DNA of 62,420 nucleotides, counting the filler, from Sphacelaria rigidula (taxonomy: Eukaryota): assembly GCA_964200075.2 (NCBI GenBank). It is 4 parts of 4 records of this genome, joined end to end, with 100 filler letters (N's around TTAATTAATTAA, not from the genome) between each part and the next. Parts side by side here need not be neighbours in the genome. Positions count along the whole stretch, not along the records: positions 1 to 15,533 come from CAXNAA020001708.1; 3 more parts are not named here. The stretch is one strand, 5' to 3'. Position 1 is the stretch's first letter. Each line of letters begins with the position of its first letter. The notes under the pieces were generated by a model. The model ran no database searches and was not told the origin of the DNA. It worked only from the letters and a program-made list of their open reading frames with translations. The position numbers were made by a program, and so were the translations under genes. Below are positions 1 through 12,751 of this stretch, piece after piece.

Positions 1-65
1 GGGGCGGGGCGGGGGCGCGGGGCGCGGGGGCGGGGGCGGGGGGGGGGGGGGGGGGGGGGGGGGGG
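1..65 (+). repeat. G-rich low-complexity/poly-G tract at the contig start (G-quadruplex-capable)
   Basis: Seen directly: GGGGC/GGGGGC units followed by a long G run. Probably caused the contig break. Confidence 0.85.
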
Positions 66-689
66 TAGTGTGGATCCAATTTTGTTTTTTTGCCCACCCT
101 CGTAGTAACTCGCATTATTGTTAATATTCAGCGTGGTACTTTTGTTTCGAAGTCCGTAACCATCAAGCATCTATCTACCCTTCCGCGCTCCGTGCTGTCA
201 CTTAGGTTACTTCCTCCTGTACTTATTGTTACCGCGTCATTCTTTCTTGCGCGCGGGCATGCCCACCCTTTCTCATATGATGACCATAGAACACACACAC
301 GGTTGTTTGATGTCCCCACTACTATTTCTCACCCTTACACCGACATCGCCATGGCCACCACGACCAGTACGCAGCGACCACCACGTGAGTAGATAGGTGT
401 CCCAGGCGGACAATTGCTGGAAAGCACCCCTTCTACTATGAGCAGTGTAATAACAAGTGGCTAGTGGCACCACGGAACCACGAGAAGAACATACTATCTC
501 TATTGAACGTAGGGTGACTATTTTGAAGCCCGTATTCATCAACAAGCAATCACATAGTTTGTCTTTCAAAACCGCGGGCATCTACCACGTCCTCTGCAGG
601 TGTTATTATTGCTTGACATTCGGCCAAAACATGGCCCCCATCACTCAATCGATGTCGCCCGACCGACGCCACAAGGTCCCGTTTCCTAC

Positions 690-3500
690 CCCACTTCACT
701 TCACGCCTCGACTTCTATGCCCCCCCCCCTCCCCCCTGGCCTCACTCGCGGCCCTTCTCGTCGCCAAGACCTTAGATGAGATCTTCTTCCCTTTGCCGAT
801 GAGTGCGCTGAACGTCGCAATAATTCTAGATATGGGCTTCCAGCTGGATTCCTTTTCCCGCTTCTGCTTAGAGCACCCCCCGCTTCCACAAGTAGTCTCA
901 CAGAACACGTAGCTTCCCGCGAACGCGACCTTCCCGTACTTGTCGAGGCTCATGGATGCGGCACGGCTAAGAATTGCATCGCGGCACGGCCCTAGCTAAT
1001 GCAGATCCACCGCCCTCTCTCCGTCGTCGCAAACACGCTTCGCCAAAACCTCTCCTATGATGAAAGGTGCCTCCATGGTGATGGATAAGGCAAAACAATA
1101 TTCCTCGACAACAGGTTATCGTCTCGTGTTGGACGTCGCCCAGTCGTATCACTTATTCTACGCCGGCCCCGTTTGCCGCCACCCGGTTCATCGTCGTACG
1201 TGCTATCGCTCTTTGCATCAGAGCATGAAGAGACAGGGGATTAGCCGCTGGCAGTCATACTCTTAGAACTCGAACTCGAAAGCGTAAAACTCATGGTGGA
1301 GTACTGGTGGTCAAAGTCTCGTGTAAAGTCCATACCCGGACATTCGGAGATGTCACTGGCTGTGTGACGCGTTTCACCCGCCTGCAAGTAGGGAAAAGGG
1401 GAAACAGCTGATAGCGAAAGGGTCATGAGGCACATGATGACAGCTCCACACAACAAAATTCACAATTCACAATCTGTCGAGCACAAACAAATGAGACGGA
1501 ATCCAAATGACCGGTACAAGTGCATCTACACTCCTGATTTGACCCAAACGCTGAATGAGACTCGTGTTTTGTTTCACAAAAAACGTTCCACAATACTGGA
1601 TCGCATCTCTTCATAGCTCGGCTGGTGTCTTTTCACTCAACCTCATGTCGTGCCACCACCGTCCCGCTTCCTAGGTATCAAATAAATACTGCCATGGGTG
1701 GGGGCAAGTGGGCCGGGGCGGGTAGGCTCATTCATCTGCACACGTTTTTTGTTTCTGATTACCATCATTCGGTCATACTCATCGTAGGACTCCTGCCGAG
1801 ATAGCCCCCCCACAAAACGTGTGCAGAAGACCGTCCGACGGACCGGCGTAGGGTGCCATTCTACACGCGGTCGTTGGTTTTAGAACAACGGGTGAGTCAC
1901 TCAACGATAGGGGGGGGAGAATTTCGGGCCACTTGTGGCACGAAGTTCCAAGTAAATTTAGCTTTGAAAGCAGCAATGCTTGTTCGAGCGAGCCTCCAGT
2001 AGATAAATAACGCTTATTTGTACTGCTTGGCACCACTTTGAACCGGATTCAAGCGCACAGCGAGTGTGGCAGGTCGTCTGAGGCACCTATGAGCCACGTT
2101 TCTCGGGAAACCAACCCCCCCCCGTCCTTCGTAGGATGGCTGAAAACCATACCTCTGTATTGCTGTGGGGTAGGCCCAGATTTCTGGATATGATCAGGTT
2201 TCAAATAGTTGCAAGAGCGGATGAGCCACATTGGGGTTACGTGCCGAGGGTGTGTTGAAAATCAGATGCAGCAGCACATAGCCTATGGAGGAAGAAACTT
2301 GCAGTTGAGAGGAATATGGCTGTATCGAGAACCAAACTCTGGAAAAATAGCCCTGCATGTGCAGCACTTGGTGACGCTGCGACTGCCCCACCCACAAACA
2401 AGTGCCCCGGAGACGGTCCATCAACGGGTGACATGACGTGTGTTCATCATATATGTCGATGTGGTAGTTTCGGGCCTATGTGCTGGTTCGGGACAGGTGT
2501 GTTGGGCTCGCCATCGCTTTTGCGAAACGGGATATATTCCTCCAGACGCCGTTGGTGGTTGGTTTCGAAACCGGGTCAGCCACATAGTCGCACTGAGGAT
2601 ATTTTTCTTAAACCTGCATCACCCCCTGCATCGCCACGCGCTCGTCCGGCGATGGTCGCGCATATATCAAGTTTTTCGACGTATGTGCCATGTCGAAGTA
2701 ATCAATGAAATGAGAAGAGGGTAACAGCATAACGAACCTTAGAACACGCAGAAATGTCGTTAGTATATAGTAGCGTGCTGTGTATGTGCCCTGCTTCGTT
2801 GTTGTCGGGTAGTCATGCTGTCGACATTACACTATTTGAGAGGGGATTTCATTCACACAGCATTGCACGGGTGTGACAAATCGAGATGTACACATCACCT
2901 GGGCAGCTGAAATGCAGCTCGAGTCGTGATCGCAATCACCGATGGTCCAGAAGCATCCGCTGAACTGCGCCCTCGTCGATCATGCCCTCAAGACCCGCTA
3001 AGGCTATCTCTGTTGGCGTACCCCCGCTCCATTTTACCTCGTATGAGTACCGGCGAGATTTCGCGTCGAAGTGTTGCCCCAGAATCTCCCCCGCGAAATG
3101 TTTGGCCCCTTCCAAGCTGGCCTCGCACGACGTTGGCCCTCTATGTACACTGTCGGTGCACGAATCTTCCTCTGTAACAACGTTCCCTTGGGGTATATGC
3201 CGCGTGCGAGGACGAGGGCTCTGTGGGTATCGGATACCTCGAGAACGACCTCAGCATGGTTGATGAAGGCCTGTGAAGGATTCCAGGACATCAATACGGC
3301 GATGCGGGCATTCTTGATCGCTGACGTCTTCATCTTCCATATCGAAGGATTCTTCGTGCTCTGCTTCATGTATGCAGACATGGGAATCCCCAGGGCGGCG
3401 ATGGTCGCTAGGGGGACGGCTCGCTGGTTGTCGTTGCTCACGGTATCAGACGACACACGGAACCATGGCTCTTGTCTGTCACTCGCCATTGGATGCATAT
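690..3500 (-). pseudogene. Decayed coding segments downstream of the Sola2 transposase; possible C-terminal exons
   Basis: Protein-like minus-strand segments broken by stops, e.g. APFIIGEVLAKRVCDDGERAVDLH*LGP...SLDKYGKVAFAGSYVFC at ~1080-890, and ORFs 3034-3498 and 2194-2424. Same strand as the transposase. Membership of the same gene is inference. Confidence 0.35.
1894..2142 (+). mobile_element. MITE family A (GAG termini), degraded copy
   Basis: Begins GAGTCAC..ACGATAGGGGGGGG and is colinear with 35536-35784 along its length (TTGAAAGCAGC, ATAAATA.CGCTTATT, TACTGCTTG.CACC). No TSD left. Confidence 0.75.
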
Positions 3501-6500
3501 CGTGAATACCGTCGGACGAGAACGCCCTTTCCCATGGGTATGGCGATCTTCACGCGATCACAACAGGTACAAGGTCCCGGCCCCCGTTTCGCTAGGATTA
3601 ACGCGCATGAGCGCGGTAGAACCGTAAGCCAGGTGACACTGCATTCGCCGGAAAGTGCCTTCCAGTTCCAGCTCCCGTGTACTGACTGGCTCATTCTGGC
3701 CTGTGCGCCGCGCCCATTCCACTGGTGCCGCAATCACTCCTTGCCGGATCAGTGGACACATGTGCCCCTGGCCAGTGCAGCATCTATGGCACATTCTCCG
3801 AGAACAGGGAAGCAGTCAAGGTGGGTCGAGTGGTCCTCAGAGTCAGTAGGAGTCCTCCTGTTGTTTGTCTGTTGATAGCAAGTGACGAGAGATAGTTGCT
3901 ATTCACGGATAGCAGCCCATGTGCTCTTTGTGTGGCGCCCGGTTGTGGTTGCTCTTCGCCTAATCTCATTTACTAGTCGACACAATTTCCTACCTACTAT
4001 TCATCACGTCATCTCAGGCAGAAACGTTTTGTAGCACATCCCCTACGCTTCTGTGGCTAGAGTCTCACCCGCAAGATAGCTGGTATGCTGCCACCACTCC
4101 CGGGGTGGACGTTGCGGCGATCCGAGATTGCGACATGCAACCGGTCACGTGGATGGCCCAAAGTGGAGATTGTGCAGATGGGCGTGTTGCCGCTACATCC
4201 GTTTCTTGGACGAAGATCATCTTCCGTCCGAGGAGTGTATTCTTCTGTTTTTTCAGCGCGAATGTTGTCGTTTCGTCGTTGGGGTCGTTCGCGCCCTGAG
4301 TTGCACATACACACGAGCAGACAACACGGGGTGTATGATTGGGATCAGTGCAACTTCATATAATGATGGTACTGTCAATCAAATGGCGAGGCTTTGGGTC
4401 GTGCACGGCCTTTCGCATCACTAATGCACGTAATACGCACGTGAGCGCTACCACGCTACGGAGTCGTACTTCATGTGCAGAAATGCACGGCATTGTACCC
4501 TTTGCAGCAGGCGATGTGACAATGACACTCACCTTTCTAGTATTCGCCATCAGCAGCTGCCCACCACCTATCTTCCCGGAGAAGTCCTGCGCTGTAGTCT
4601 TGTCGACTTCTCGAAGCTCGAAGTCTAGCGCAGGCGCAAGTTTCTCGAAGAGATCGAAGGAGCTCGGGATCCGCACTTGCCCTGTGAGGACCTAATTCCT
4701 GGCGAATGTCTTCACCACGCCGCCTTCGCTGTCCGACACGCTCTTGCCGTGGCAGGCGGCAAAGTAGTGCGCTTCGATGTGGATACGGCTGCCCGGTTGG
4801 TCGATGACGTACACTTTACAGTCACCGATGTGCCCGAATGACGTCGCACACCTGAACCGTTTCCCGCAATGATCCGTCACAGCAGTCACACGCGTCATGG
4901 GTGTGGCTCCAACTCTCTCAAGTATGGATGGTATTTCTGTCTGTAGTAGTCGGGTGAAGGTGTGTTGCACCTAGGCATTGTCTTGCGATTTGTTGTGACT
5001 CAGCACAACAAACGAGTATACCCATACCTTACCGTTGAGCTTGAAAAAAACTGGGACCGGAAACAGCGTTGTGGAATCGCGATTCCAGTGTTGGGATTGA
5101 ACCTCATCCTGCTCGTGATGTGTATAGCGCTCTTGGAAGTCTGCCACCATGATCACGTGTCCATCTTCGCGAGTCGCGATCAACTCATTGATGGCCACAC
5201 GCTGGAGCTGGGTTTGTCGTCGATGAGGGAATAGGCGTTCCGCAGTGGACCTCACATCCTTGAACAATTCAGTCACAGAACCACTCCTCCACACCACCGC
5301 ATGATTCGACCAAAGAAAGTTCACAGACAAATGGTATGTGGTAGAGACGATCGTGAGATGGGTTCCAGTACGTTCGTTTCGTAGAACGGGGTCTGCAGGA
5401 AATGTGTACCTCACTTTATCATCGTTCACGGTAACCGCCACTAAGGAAGGGATTGCAGCTACGCTTCTTCCATGTTCATTTTCGCGGTAATTTATGTCGA
5501 TCTTCACGTGTGATGTCGTCATTCCCGGTTTCGAAAACTAGCTTCAGGGGGGTAAGCTGGGCGAGCGGAAACGTTTTGAATGACTACAGGCTTGGATGAC
5601 TTTGATAAATGCGATGTATGTGGTGATTATGTGTCGGACTATGCACTGCATTTGTTTTCCTTATTCTCAGTGGTGAAACTCGCGAGATACTAAGCGAGTG
5701 GGAATACGTATATTTGGTGATACCAACATGCATTATCGACAGAGTCTGGATGCGATGAGTGTTGATCTACGTAGTGAATTTGGTCATGCGGGCTATTCTC
5801 GACAGATACCAAAGGAACGAATATTGCTTGAACGATCGGGGGTGGTGACGATTGTTTCCCTCGACGGGTGGCTGTCTCGAGCATTGGTGCGTGTGACGAG
5901 ATTTGGAGTGGTCACTTTTGAAGGTCTACAATTGATCCGTCCCAGCGGCTGCGTAGCAGCGGTTTACACATTGTGATGACACCATCGTATGTGGAATCTT
6001 ACTACGAAATGGGGGTGAGGGTTGATGGCATGGCAGAACAGTCTCATGTGTGTGGCTGACGACCTGCAACACTCGCGGTGCGCTTTTATTCGGCTTTAAG
6101 CGGCGTATATGGATGTGTGCATGCGCGTTGATCAGAAACGATGAGGTCAATAATCTTCATACCGTTGCTGCTGTTGAGCACGGTTCGACGTTTGTTTTCG
6201 TGAAGCAGGAAGACGCCCGAGAACCCCCCCCCCCCTTCTCTATCGTAAGATGACTCTTTCCATCTGGATCACATTGACGTAAAAACACTTTTCGAGATTG
6301 TGTTTGCGGCCCCGTTCCTTGAGGCTCCCATGAATCATCGCCGTCGTTATCATCGTTGGCTCGGGGACGTCTGCCCTACCGTTGCGGTCGCCGAATCTCG
6401 TTCCCCTTCTCATCCACAGGGACGAACGCCTCCCATTTTATTTCTGATCTTCGAACGATGTCCGGTATACTCTCCACACCTTCCGCAGACTGTCGATGAC

Positions 6501-8318
6501 GAGGGCAGTCGAAGAAGCGCCGTTGACGTTTGTCGCATTCTCCGCATGATCCCATTACACATGCGTTCAAGTGTGCTGTGACCTTACTCCCTCCCGTGGT
6601 CTTGTATAGCTTCTCCTTCTCACAGAGGAGCTTGTCGCAGAGCTTTCCCATGCTGTGGACGTCTTTTCCGCTCATGATTGACAGGAAAGCTCTACATCCG
6701 CCGTTGGCGCAAAGTTCACACCGGCATGTGCATGACGACCCAGCAGTCTCGCCGCAGTGAAGTCGTGGCCACATTCTCACGAGCGATATCGTGATCAGCT
6801 TACCCTTGTAGCAATGTGGACACAGACAGCATCTCGCAGTCTGTTTGACTACATTGAATGGCATCAACTTCGCGAAGGTAGATCTTGATACGTGACCAGT
6901 CTCCACTTTTTCCTCCCGGAACTATGTAGTCATCGCGGAGGCGGCAGCGCGGGACAGTAACAGATGTTTCACATGAGGTCCGCGGCGGGAGGGCTGGTCT
7001 AATACGGTGTGACACTCCTTCCACGCGGGTTAGCATATGATAGACTCGCAGGTCGGGTGTCACATGCTGCTGCGTCAACTCTGTTAAACTTTGTTACGTA
7101 GTAGTAAGCTCGTCAATGCGTTGTGGACATAGGGCGTCCTATCCTCGTTCACAAGTGGAATGTCGACACTAAGCTGCATTCTCATACGCTCCGGAGCGAA
7201 TAACGACGTCATATTTGATATCGGGCGGTGACGTAGAATGTTACAAGTATGCTGCACTGTATATGTTCTACGTGATGAATATGTCGAGCTTACCGCCTCT
7301 TGTAGCGAATTGTTACATTTCTCGTGTAGGTCTGTCTTGGAGCCCAGCAGAAACCGCATGCCCAACGTAGGGCATCTATCGGGTTGGAGGTATTGGAGGG
7401 ACCGGTCTACAGGGGATCGGCGATGCTGTCCTGCACTGAAGTCGTGTTTCGTCTTCATGTCACAGGGAGATGGTTGCGTGTTATCGTCGATGACGTCGGC
7501 TATCATCGCTGTTGCCTTGGGATTCCGGATGTTGAAGCAGTCACAACGTCTCCGCCGTTTCCCCGTCCTATCGCGAATGAAGGGGGTCTTTTTGAGGAGG
7601 TCTATATACGATAGATAGTGAGAGGAACAATGCCGTTGGCATGATACCGAAATACAGCTGATTTATCTATTGACGAGCGTGTACATGTCATGGGTGGCCG
7701 TCGCTCGCATCGACCTCTTTCCACACACTCGCCACTCTTTCCGTACGCGATATCGGATGCCGCTAGTGTATATCTTTTGTACTTGCACTTACAATCCAGC
7801 GGCATCTCCGACAGTCAGTGCTCGTTTTCTTCTGGTTGAACACTCTCCCACGAAAGTTTTCTGTAGTGGCCCGATTGCTTGGGTAAGGCTCCGTGTGATA
7901 CTCCACTCGCCGATATTGTTGCGCCGAGTACTCGACGAGCACGTGACCCTACCTTAGAGGTTACAATGGCAGGAGTAGATAGCCATTGGTTTATCTCCTT
8001 GATGGCCTCGACGATCGCCACCATATCTTCATTCGATGGCCCATCGGCATAGACTACACCGTTCTTGCGAAATTTCTTAAAGTATCTGTGGTCGATGAGC
8101 GTCTTGATAACCCTATCTCGGATGGCATAATTCTCCTCTGATTCGCCATCCTCATTCCTTTCACTTAGGGTCATTACGGCGTTGTCGATATATTCCAAGA
8201 TTGTTCGCTGTATAGCATCGGGTCTAGAATGTCTCCGTGTTGGTGCGGCTGATGACGCAGGCTCCATACTGCGTATATGATGTCCAACTGCAACAATATT
8301 GGGTAACTGATGCATCAT
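3500..8318 (-). pseudogene. Degenerate Sola2-type DDD transposase (intron-split, frameshifted)
   Basis: Sola2-type motifs in order: SRSTFAKLMPFNV..CCLCPHC and Cys clusters (6376-6906); VADFQERY..QDEVQSQHW..TTLFP..LSHNKSQDN (4971-5522); TDHCGKRF..HYFAACHGKSVSDSEGGVVK (4692-4970); C-terminal RKMIFV..VTG..QLSCG / CHRC..C (~4290-3750). In-frame stops present. Confidence 0.8.
5994..6256 (-). mobile_element. MITE family A, degraded copy inside the Sola2 transposase locus
   Basis: Termini GAATCTTACTACGAAATGGGGG (5994) and CTATCGTAAGATGACTC (6256) match the ends of 35536-35784 in reverse orientation. Confidence 0.65.
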
Positions 8319-11300
8319 GTTTGTCTCGTCGTCGGGTTTGCGAACCAGCGTTTGGGTGGTAGGTTCGTCTTGGATTTCACGACTCGAATGATGTGCGATT
8401 GTTGGTGGATGTTAATTGCATTCTGCTATCCGGTGTAATTAGTCCAAGTTAATATATGGGGATTCATGTTCATAAATGCTGAGCGATGTTGTGCTTCAGG
8501 TCGATGTGGACATGTACTTTCAAATACTATTTTATATACGCCGTGTACTTCTATTCTTATATCATTCTCTTATTATCGCCATATCGTATTCGGTTCGAAC
8601 CGTGCGCTGTAAAAAATGATCTCGGGCACTGAAGGGAGCGGGTCCACCACTTCACAGTCGGCTTATCATATTCACCAATGACGGCAACCAGTGTCACTCC
8701 GAGCTATGTCGGTGTAATCATTTTTGGGTCGCTGTGATACGCATGTGGTAATAGTTACTTTGTGGCCTTTTGCCGGTTCACGAAACTGGCCATTTGTCTC
8801 GTTGTCCTTGGGGGCCCAGAAGTTACCATGTCTTACGTGATGGAGCGTTTGTCGATTTTTGTATGTTGTCCGGCGATATATGGTATATTCTGAAACAATT
8901 GGGTGAATGGCTGCTGCGATGTAGGTTGTGACATATGATATGCGTTGCTTCTCATCTATAAAACTAGTCAATTTGTCAAACCGGATCCTTGCTACAGTCT
9001 GGGTGATTTCTTGATTGATTTGGTTGATAGTGTCGCCTGCACTGACCCTTCCCGGATCCGGTCGTGTTCATGCGCTGTATGTATACATAATAAGGCCGTC
9101 AAAATATTCCGCGAGGAAATTAAATAACTAATTGATGTTAAATAAGCAGCTGGGTATAAGTATATGGTATACTATTATGTGGGAAACAACATTGTGAGAA
9201 GTAATTGTATAGGAATATAGGAACCGAATGAAAGTAGAATAGCATTAAATTGAAGATGTAAATTTTTAATAAAGATTATACAGTTATGTTCCCCTCTATT
9301 CACGCTTGTTGTCTGGATTGCCGAAATGTTTTTAGGCCCACTCCTATGTGCAGTACATTCTTCTTCCGTAATGTTGAGCTTCCGGCTGGATGTCGCAGAC
9401 GCATGTTTGACCTTTGGACAATGAGGGTAGTCTAGGTTGGTTACGGCTTTTTTTTCGCTAGGCGACATTGATGCTGGTTCCCCAGATTGTCTATATCCGC
9501 CGTGTGTGTGTAGTCCATCTCAGTACTATATTTCTTTCAGGAGAATACTGAAGTTCATCCAGCGTGTGGCCTCTCGTGGTGGTGAACGGGAGGGTGGCTA
9601 TATGATTGTTGGGTCAAGTGCGTTTTTGATCTGGTAGAATTTGTGACTGGGGAGAGTGAGATCCTCCTCGAATATTAATGACATGATTGTCGTGTACGGA
9701 ATATAAATCAAGATCTTTAGTTGGCCTACGCTCCAAGCGTGCTTCTAGCATGCGCATAACGTGTTTGTACCGACACCTATACCTGTAGCGCCGAGTTGAG
9801 TACTTGCGACGCACACACTGTGTGGGAAACATGTTTCACCCCCTTCCCCGGGGTATCTCCGGATGTCTTGGTTTGGGGTCCGGGTTGTGGTTGGTGTTGC
9901 GGTTAAAGTTTGGTCGGAAATTTAGATATCCGAGAAGTTCCTCTCTCTCCCAAACGATGAACTTATCTCTTCCTATTTCCGGCCGCCTTCATTTTTTTCG
10001 TTTTCATACATTGTACGGCAGTCAGGGAGACGCGAAGCCATGCAGGAGGAGGTTCCAAATCCTCAAGCGCCTTGTATGGATCCGAAACTGTTGAATGTGG
10101 GTTGATTTCCCCATGTTTGTCTCTCATCGGTTTTGAACGTTATATCAGTGCACGATGGTTACTATTCATATGATGTTGGCATCTGACCTTGGAACGACTT
10201 GTGCGAACATCGTGTTCTCGAGCGTGTCAGAGTCATCCCTATCCTCATAGAAAGTGTGTTTCCTTACACCATCGGCGCTCGTGCGCTGTTTTCGGGTCTA
10301 CCAATACTCGCTTCCTACAGACTACGCGTTAGTCAGCACACCCCTGCTACATGTGGACTGGTCCGGGGTCAGTGTTGAGGTTATCATCGCGATTGTGATT
10401 CCTCCGTCTTCTTTGGTTTTGTATGCGGACAATTGTCGCGAGGGTGACTCCTGTGGAATGGGAGTTACAGACCGTACTGTTCCTCCGTTGGATTGGGGTA
10501 ACATGCACTGATAAAACGACTGGCCGCGTTTACAGAACAATTTCAGCGTACACGTAAACCAGCGGTAACCGAAATGTGTACACGCTATCCTGTGCTTTTC
10601 TCACAGACCCCATACCCTTTGGGTGTCGTGCAGGTCGTTTCTACTCATGTTGGGTGAATTTGACCCCGAAGTATAATGCTTCGTCCGTTGTGGTGTCTGA
10701 TTGTGTTGGGTCGCATGACCAGGAATCCCCAGTTCCTCGTGCTAGTGTGTTTGTTTGGAGTTAAAGGGAGGTGGGATCAACGTAATGTGTACATTTTCGT
10801 ACTGTTTTCACCTCCCCATCCATCAGCATCGCAAAGAGTTACGTTTGCAATGCACAGCCTGTGCTTGTTCGGTAGTACAGTCTGTAGCACGAAGTTACTT
10901 CTTGAAGACTGCTGTCTGTTGTTAACTGCTGTATGTTGTTTACTGCTGTCGTAATAATCGAAGTCCAGCCACCCAGGAATACACAACGAAAAGAAGTCAC
11001 TGCGGCTTCTCATCATGTGGCAGTACCGTACACGGGAGCATCTTTCTTCTGAGTTGACGGGTGCAATACAAGTACAGTTTCCGCGTAAGTGCTACACGGT
11101 GCAGCCTGTGACACCGCAGTTTTGATAAATGGAACGGGGGGTGCACGACACAGTACAGTACATTAGTTTTCGCAAAGTAACTACTGAACTACAGAACGGA
11201 TAAAGGCTGTGCTTTGCAAACATAGTTTGGACCAGTCATACCGTCATTTGTTGGCGGGGCGGGAGAGGCGGGAGGCAGCCTCGCATTTCAGGATCGTCCT

Positions 11301-12751
11301 GAAAGGATATCAGCATGGGATGACAACAAACTGTGAAGATCCGAAATGGGGGTTCTTCTAAAATAGTTGAAAAGTTCCCGTCTCGTCGTCTCTGATTTTG
11401 GCATCTACAGTATGTCTTCCCGGTGCAGTATTCCCTCTGAATTGCCCATATTTCTCGATCAAAACTCCGTCTTTCCTGGGAACACCGTGTTGCTCGTAGT
11501 TTGATGAGGCGAGGTGTATCTTCTCGCAACCCCGTAGCGTCTGTGTTTCCGTTCGGTTGTATTTTTCTGTAGGATGTGTATCGAAGGTAGGGTTAGGAAT
11601 GTGTGTGGTAAAAACACGCGCTGGGTCAATAGAGGAAATATAGCAATGATGAAAAGATCGCGTTATCTACAACTTCCCAGCTAGTCACGAGACGGACCCC
11701 TCGATGTCGAACGCCGGGACAAGTATTCTCGTATCTGTTACCCCTGGATGTCATGGGGGATTGGGGGGGGGGGGGGGGGGGGGGCTATGTTGCTGTTCAC
11801 AGTACTATTGCATTGATCTCGTGTTTCAACAGTGTGTATCGGCCGCGAGGGAGGGACGTCATGTCTCCAGACGAGCTCAGAGATATTGCCGCTTGTCGCC
11901 AGTGATAACATCCGCAACAAGCGATCTTAACCGCTGGGCATGTCTTGCGTGCTTGCTTCCTCTCAGCCTATGACGGTGGTGCCTCGCAGTCCGCGTTGTG
12001 CTGTACTGTACGAGCCTGCGGTATAATAAAGAAACTCCTCATACAGTGCCAATGATTTGTTGGTGTCTTAAAACTCACCTACATGACATAGTCGCGTGGA
12101 CTCCGCATCAACGGGATATATGCCATTTGCTAGCACACGCTCACCGCCTGCTCTCCTTTGTCGACGCCAAACCCTATTAGCTCCCCCGCTCCCCTCAGAA
12201 ACACGTATGTCAACCTGGTTCTTACGGCGCGGCAACATGTCGTCTACGACTTCGGTCGCAAACAACGGCTGATCTGGGCGACTACATATTGGACCGTAGA
12301 TAGTTCTGAGAAAATGCATGGACTGGGGCAAGTGGGCATTGGACCCAGATCCTCCCGGGCGTGTTTTGGTCTCAAATCAGCGATGTGCCGTCGACTTGAG
12401 GTCTACCATCTAACATTTGCCTAGGGGGAGGTTGTGCATCCCCCATGCCGGGGGATATCGTGCGTGTTGGGTTGGGGTTAGGGTTGCGGTTAGCATTGGG
12501 GTTTGAAAATAGTCGAAAAAGCAACAATTGTTCTCGAACAAAACCAGAGGTTACCTCCATGCATAACCAATAGAATCGGACTTCAACCACGGTGGTTTTA
12601 ATATCAGCAACGTATATTTTTCTGTGAGAAAAGTCCGATGGTTATCTTTGGTATCTTCTACTGTAGGAGCTGATCCCAAGCCGACAGAATATATCCGCTG
12701 TCCTTTCTGAGCACATCTACGAGGAGGATTACCCTTCCACGGCTCGGTGAT

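Noticed and set aside
12465-12505. Telomere
   Set aside because: Only a few degenerate GGGTTA/G units, internal to a contig.
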